Source: Phoronis australis (Eukaryota > Animalia > Phoronida). From it: 64,000 bases of DNA. The notes beneath the pieces are model-generated. The model was not told where the DNA came from. It did not search any database and saw nothing but the letters and a program-made list of their open reading frames with translations. A program made the position numbers and the translations under genes. The DNA is taken from positions 190,279 through 254,278 of the forward strand of contig NMRA01000392.1 of the NCBI GenBank assembly GCA_002633005.1. The letters run 5' to 3'. Below are positions 62,382-64,000 of this stretch, piece by piece. Positions within the stretch are counted from its first letter, which is position 1. Every line of letters begins with the position of its first letter.

Positions 62382-62509
62382 TAGTTGTAAACTAACATTA
62401 CGCTGTAGCGATACTGGACGCAAGGCCATGAAGATATCTTAGCGACAACGTCAGTTGAATGTGGGTACAGAATTTTGAAGAGTCAAAGTTGTAAAACAGA
62501 AAATTTCAC

Positions 62510-62596
62510 CTTGATTCCATTTACATAACATCGCAAACTTGAAACATTCCAAAGACTTCGCGGACGTAGCCGAAAAGCAACCAACAGCGCAGCCAT
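62510..62596 (-). CDS. DLST: Probable DLST first coding exon (MAALLVAFRLRPRSLWNVSSLRCYVNGIK, mitochondrial presequence)
   Basis: caaATGG context; Arg/Leu/Ser-rich and free of acidic residues; aag|gtgaaa donor. At least one intervening small exon is needed for phase and is not confidently found. Confidence 0.6.
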
Positions 62597-63107
62597 TTGC
62601 AATACTGACGAAAGTGCTTGAAGAAAATTTGTGTCATTATAACCGAAAATAAAATACCCAATTAGTGTCATTTCAAATTATATATAAAAAGAACAACTTT
62701 AACGCAAGATTTTTGTAATCTAACTTTTTCTTAAATAATAAATTTTGTCGTGTACCAAGTAAAAGTCGATCACTTCAGACTAACTTATTTTCTAGGTCAA
62801 GGTCGAGCCCATGTTGACAAACGTGTTTTGCTGTGTTGTGGTCATTGATTATGATCAGATGATAGGCCACTTTCGTTTAGACTTCTTTCCCCCTTTTTCG
62901 CATGATAAAGTCACGTAACTTGTTCAAGGTACGTTTTTAATGATTCTTATATAGTGGTCCATGATCAGGATAATTTTGACAACCAAATATGTCCGGACAA
63001 GGACATCAACACTCAGAGCCATGAAATAGAGCGTCACCTCAGGCCATTTTCGTTTTTCGCCACATTCTTCAACCTCTTGTTCTTGTAAAAGGTTGCGTAC
63101 AGTTTAC

Positions 63108-63391
63108 CACCTACGAACCCATGAATCATGCATACAAACCCATGATTCGTGCGTAGGAAATCAAAAATCATGCGCACGGACCACAAAAATCATACGTAAA
63201 CAAAATCACACACACGAGCATCGTCGAATCATCCGCACAAATTATCCACAAATACTTTTATCATTTGGCTAGCCAGGTGATTCCTGCGTATGATTTGGTT
63301 GCTTGTGTGTATGAATTGGATGTTCGTGAGTATGATTTGTGTTCATATATGTTATTTCTGTGGTTTGTGCTCATGGTATTTGTTTGTAGTG
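63108..63391. mobile_element. Degenerate foldback MITE with CACTA-like end and subterminal repeats
   Basis: cacctacgaac ... gtttgtagtg; aatcat/atgatt repeats in inverted orientation. Confidence 0.45.
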
Positions 63392-63504
63392 TAGTGAGAC
63401 GTTATTTGACCTGTCTCACTGCTGCAGTGGCCTTCTGCTGCGCGCGCCCTCTGTCGGCATTGAGAGACGACTGTTGTTCGTCATGGAGACTGTCGACGTC
63501 GGCT

Positions 63505-64000
63505 GTCCATTCAAAAGACTTACATGTGCAACTAAATTTGATCCGTTCATCATGAACTACTTCAAACCTAGACGATTTATCCCAGGACCTATTTGCATCT
63601 CTTGCAATTTTCGGAATAAACGTTCCAATGTCTGAACACTTGAAACCCCAAATACTAACATCAAATAAATGCCCATGGGCCTGGGAATTTCATCGGGTGG
63701 GCCTTTCTGCGGCAATTCCCCGTATAGAAGACAGCAGTGTTGCTTATTGCAGGTAGAAAGACGGTAGGTGTTGAGGTCAGAACTAGGGCTCCTTAGGAGG
63801 CCTATTGAATATCGCATGAGTCCCGCAAGACTTTTGCTGTGAAAATACAGCCCTCCTGCAATTTATGGTACTGTACACTGTTCGCGAATGCAGTCACTTT
63901 GTCAATGTGAGTGCCCCCTTGGTCATTCTTTGCATAAACATAACTTGTTAGAGTGCATCTTCAAACGGACTCGCAACCAGACCACGGCGCCCGCGACGAT
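63505..64000. repeat. Dispersed repeat block, copy of 11196-11688 (runs off the window)
   Basis: Near-colinear sequence match. Confidence 0.9.

Overview
This is AT-rich, intron-rich animal genomic DNA, most likely from an invertebrate, with one 217-N gap. It holds two convergent host genes. (1) On the + strand is the 3' half of a glutamate carboxypeptidase II / NAALADase (M28B) gene, with 9 exons at 2298-15046. It keeps the Zn-ligand motifs but has two frameshifts, an in-frame TAG and a lost splice acceptor, so it is a probable pseudogene. (2) On the - strand is DLST (2-oxoglutarate dehydrogenase E2), intact in every exon recovered, from a probable first exon at 62510-62596 to the stop at 18583; at least one small 5' exon is unresolved. 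The introns are packed with mobile elements. These include L1/Tx1 LINEs, three TTAA-flanked THAP Kolobok elements (one with a convergent KolX / P2X7-ballast-like ORF), hAT elements with 5-bp and 8-bp target site duplications (TSDs), a CAC...GTG foldback element with a 5-bp TSD (Transib-like), Helentron-type non-autonomous elements carrying CTCF-like or YY1/ETS/NRF1-like motifs, a Penelope remnant and minisatellites. No prokaryote-type system such as CRISPR is present, and I found no clearly new host-gene system. The most interesting signals lie in transposon architecture and transposon-borne regulatory motifs. All homology calls come from my own motif recognition; no database search was run.
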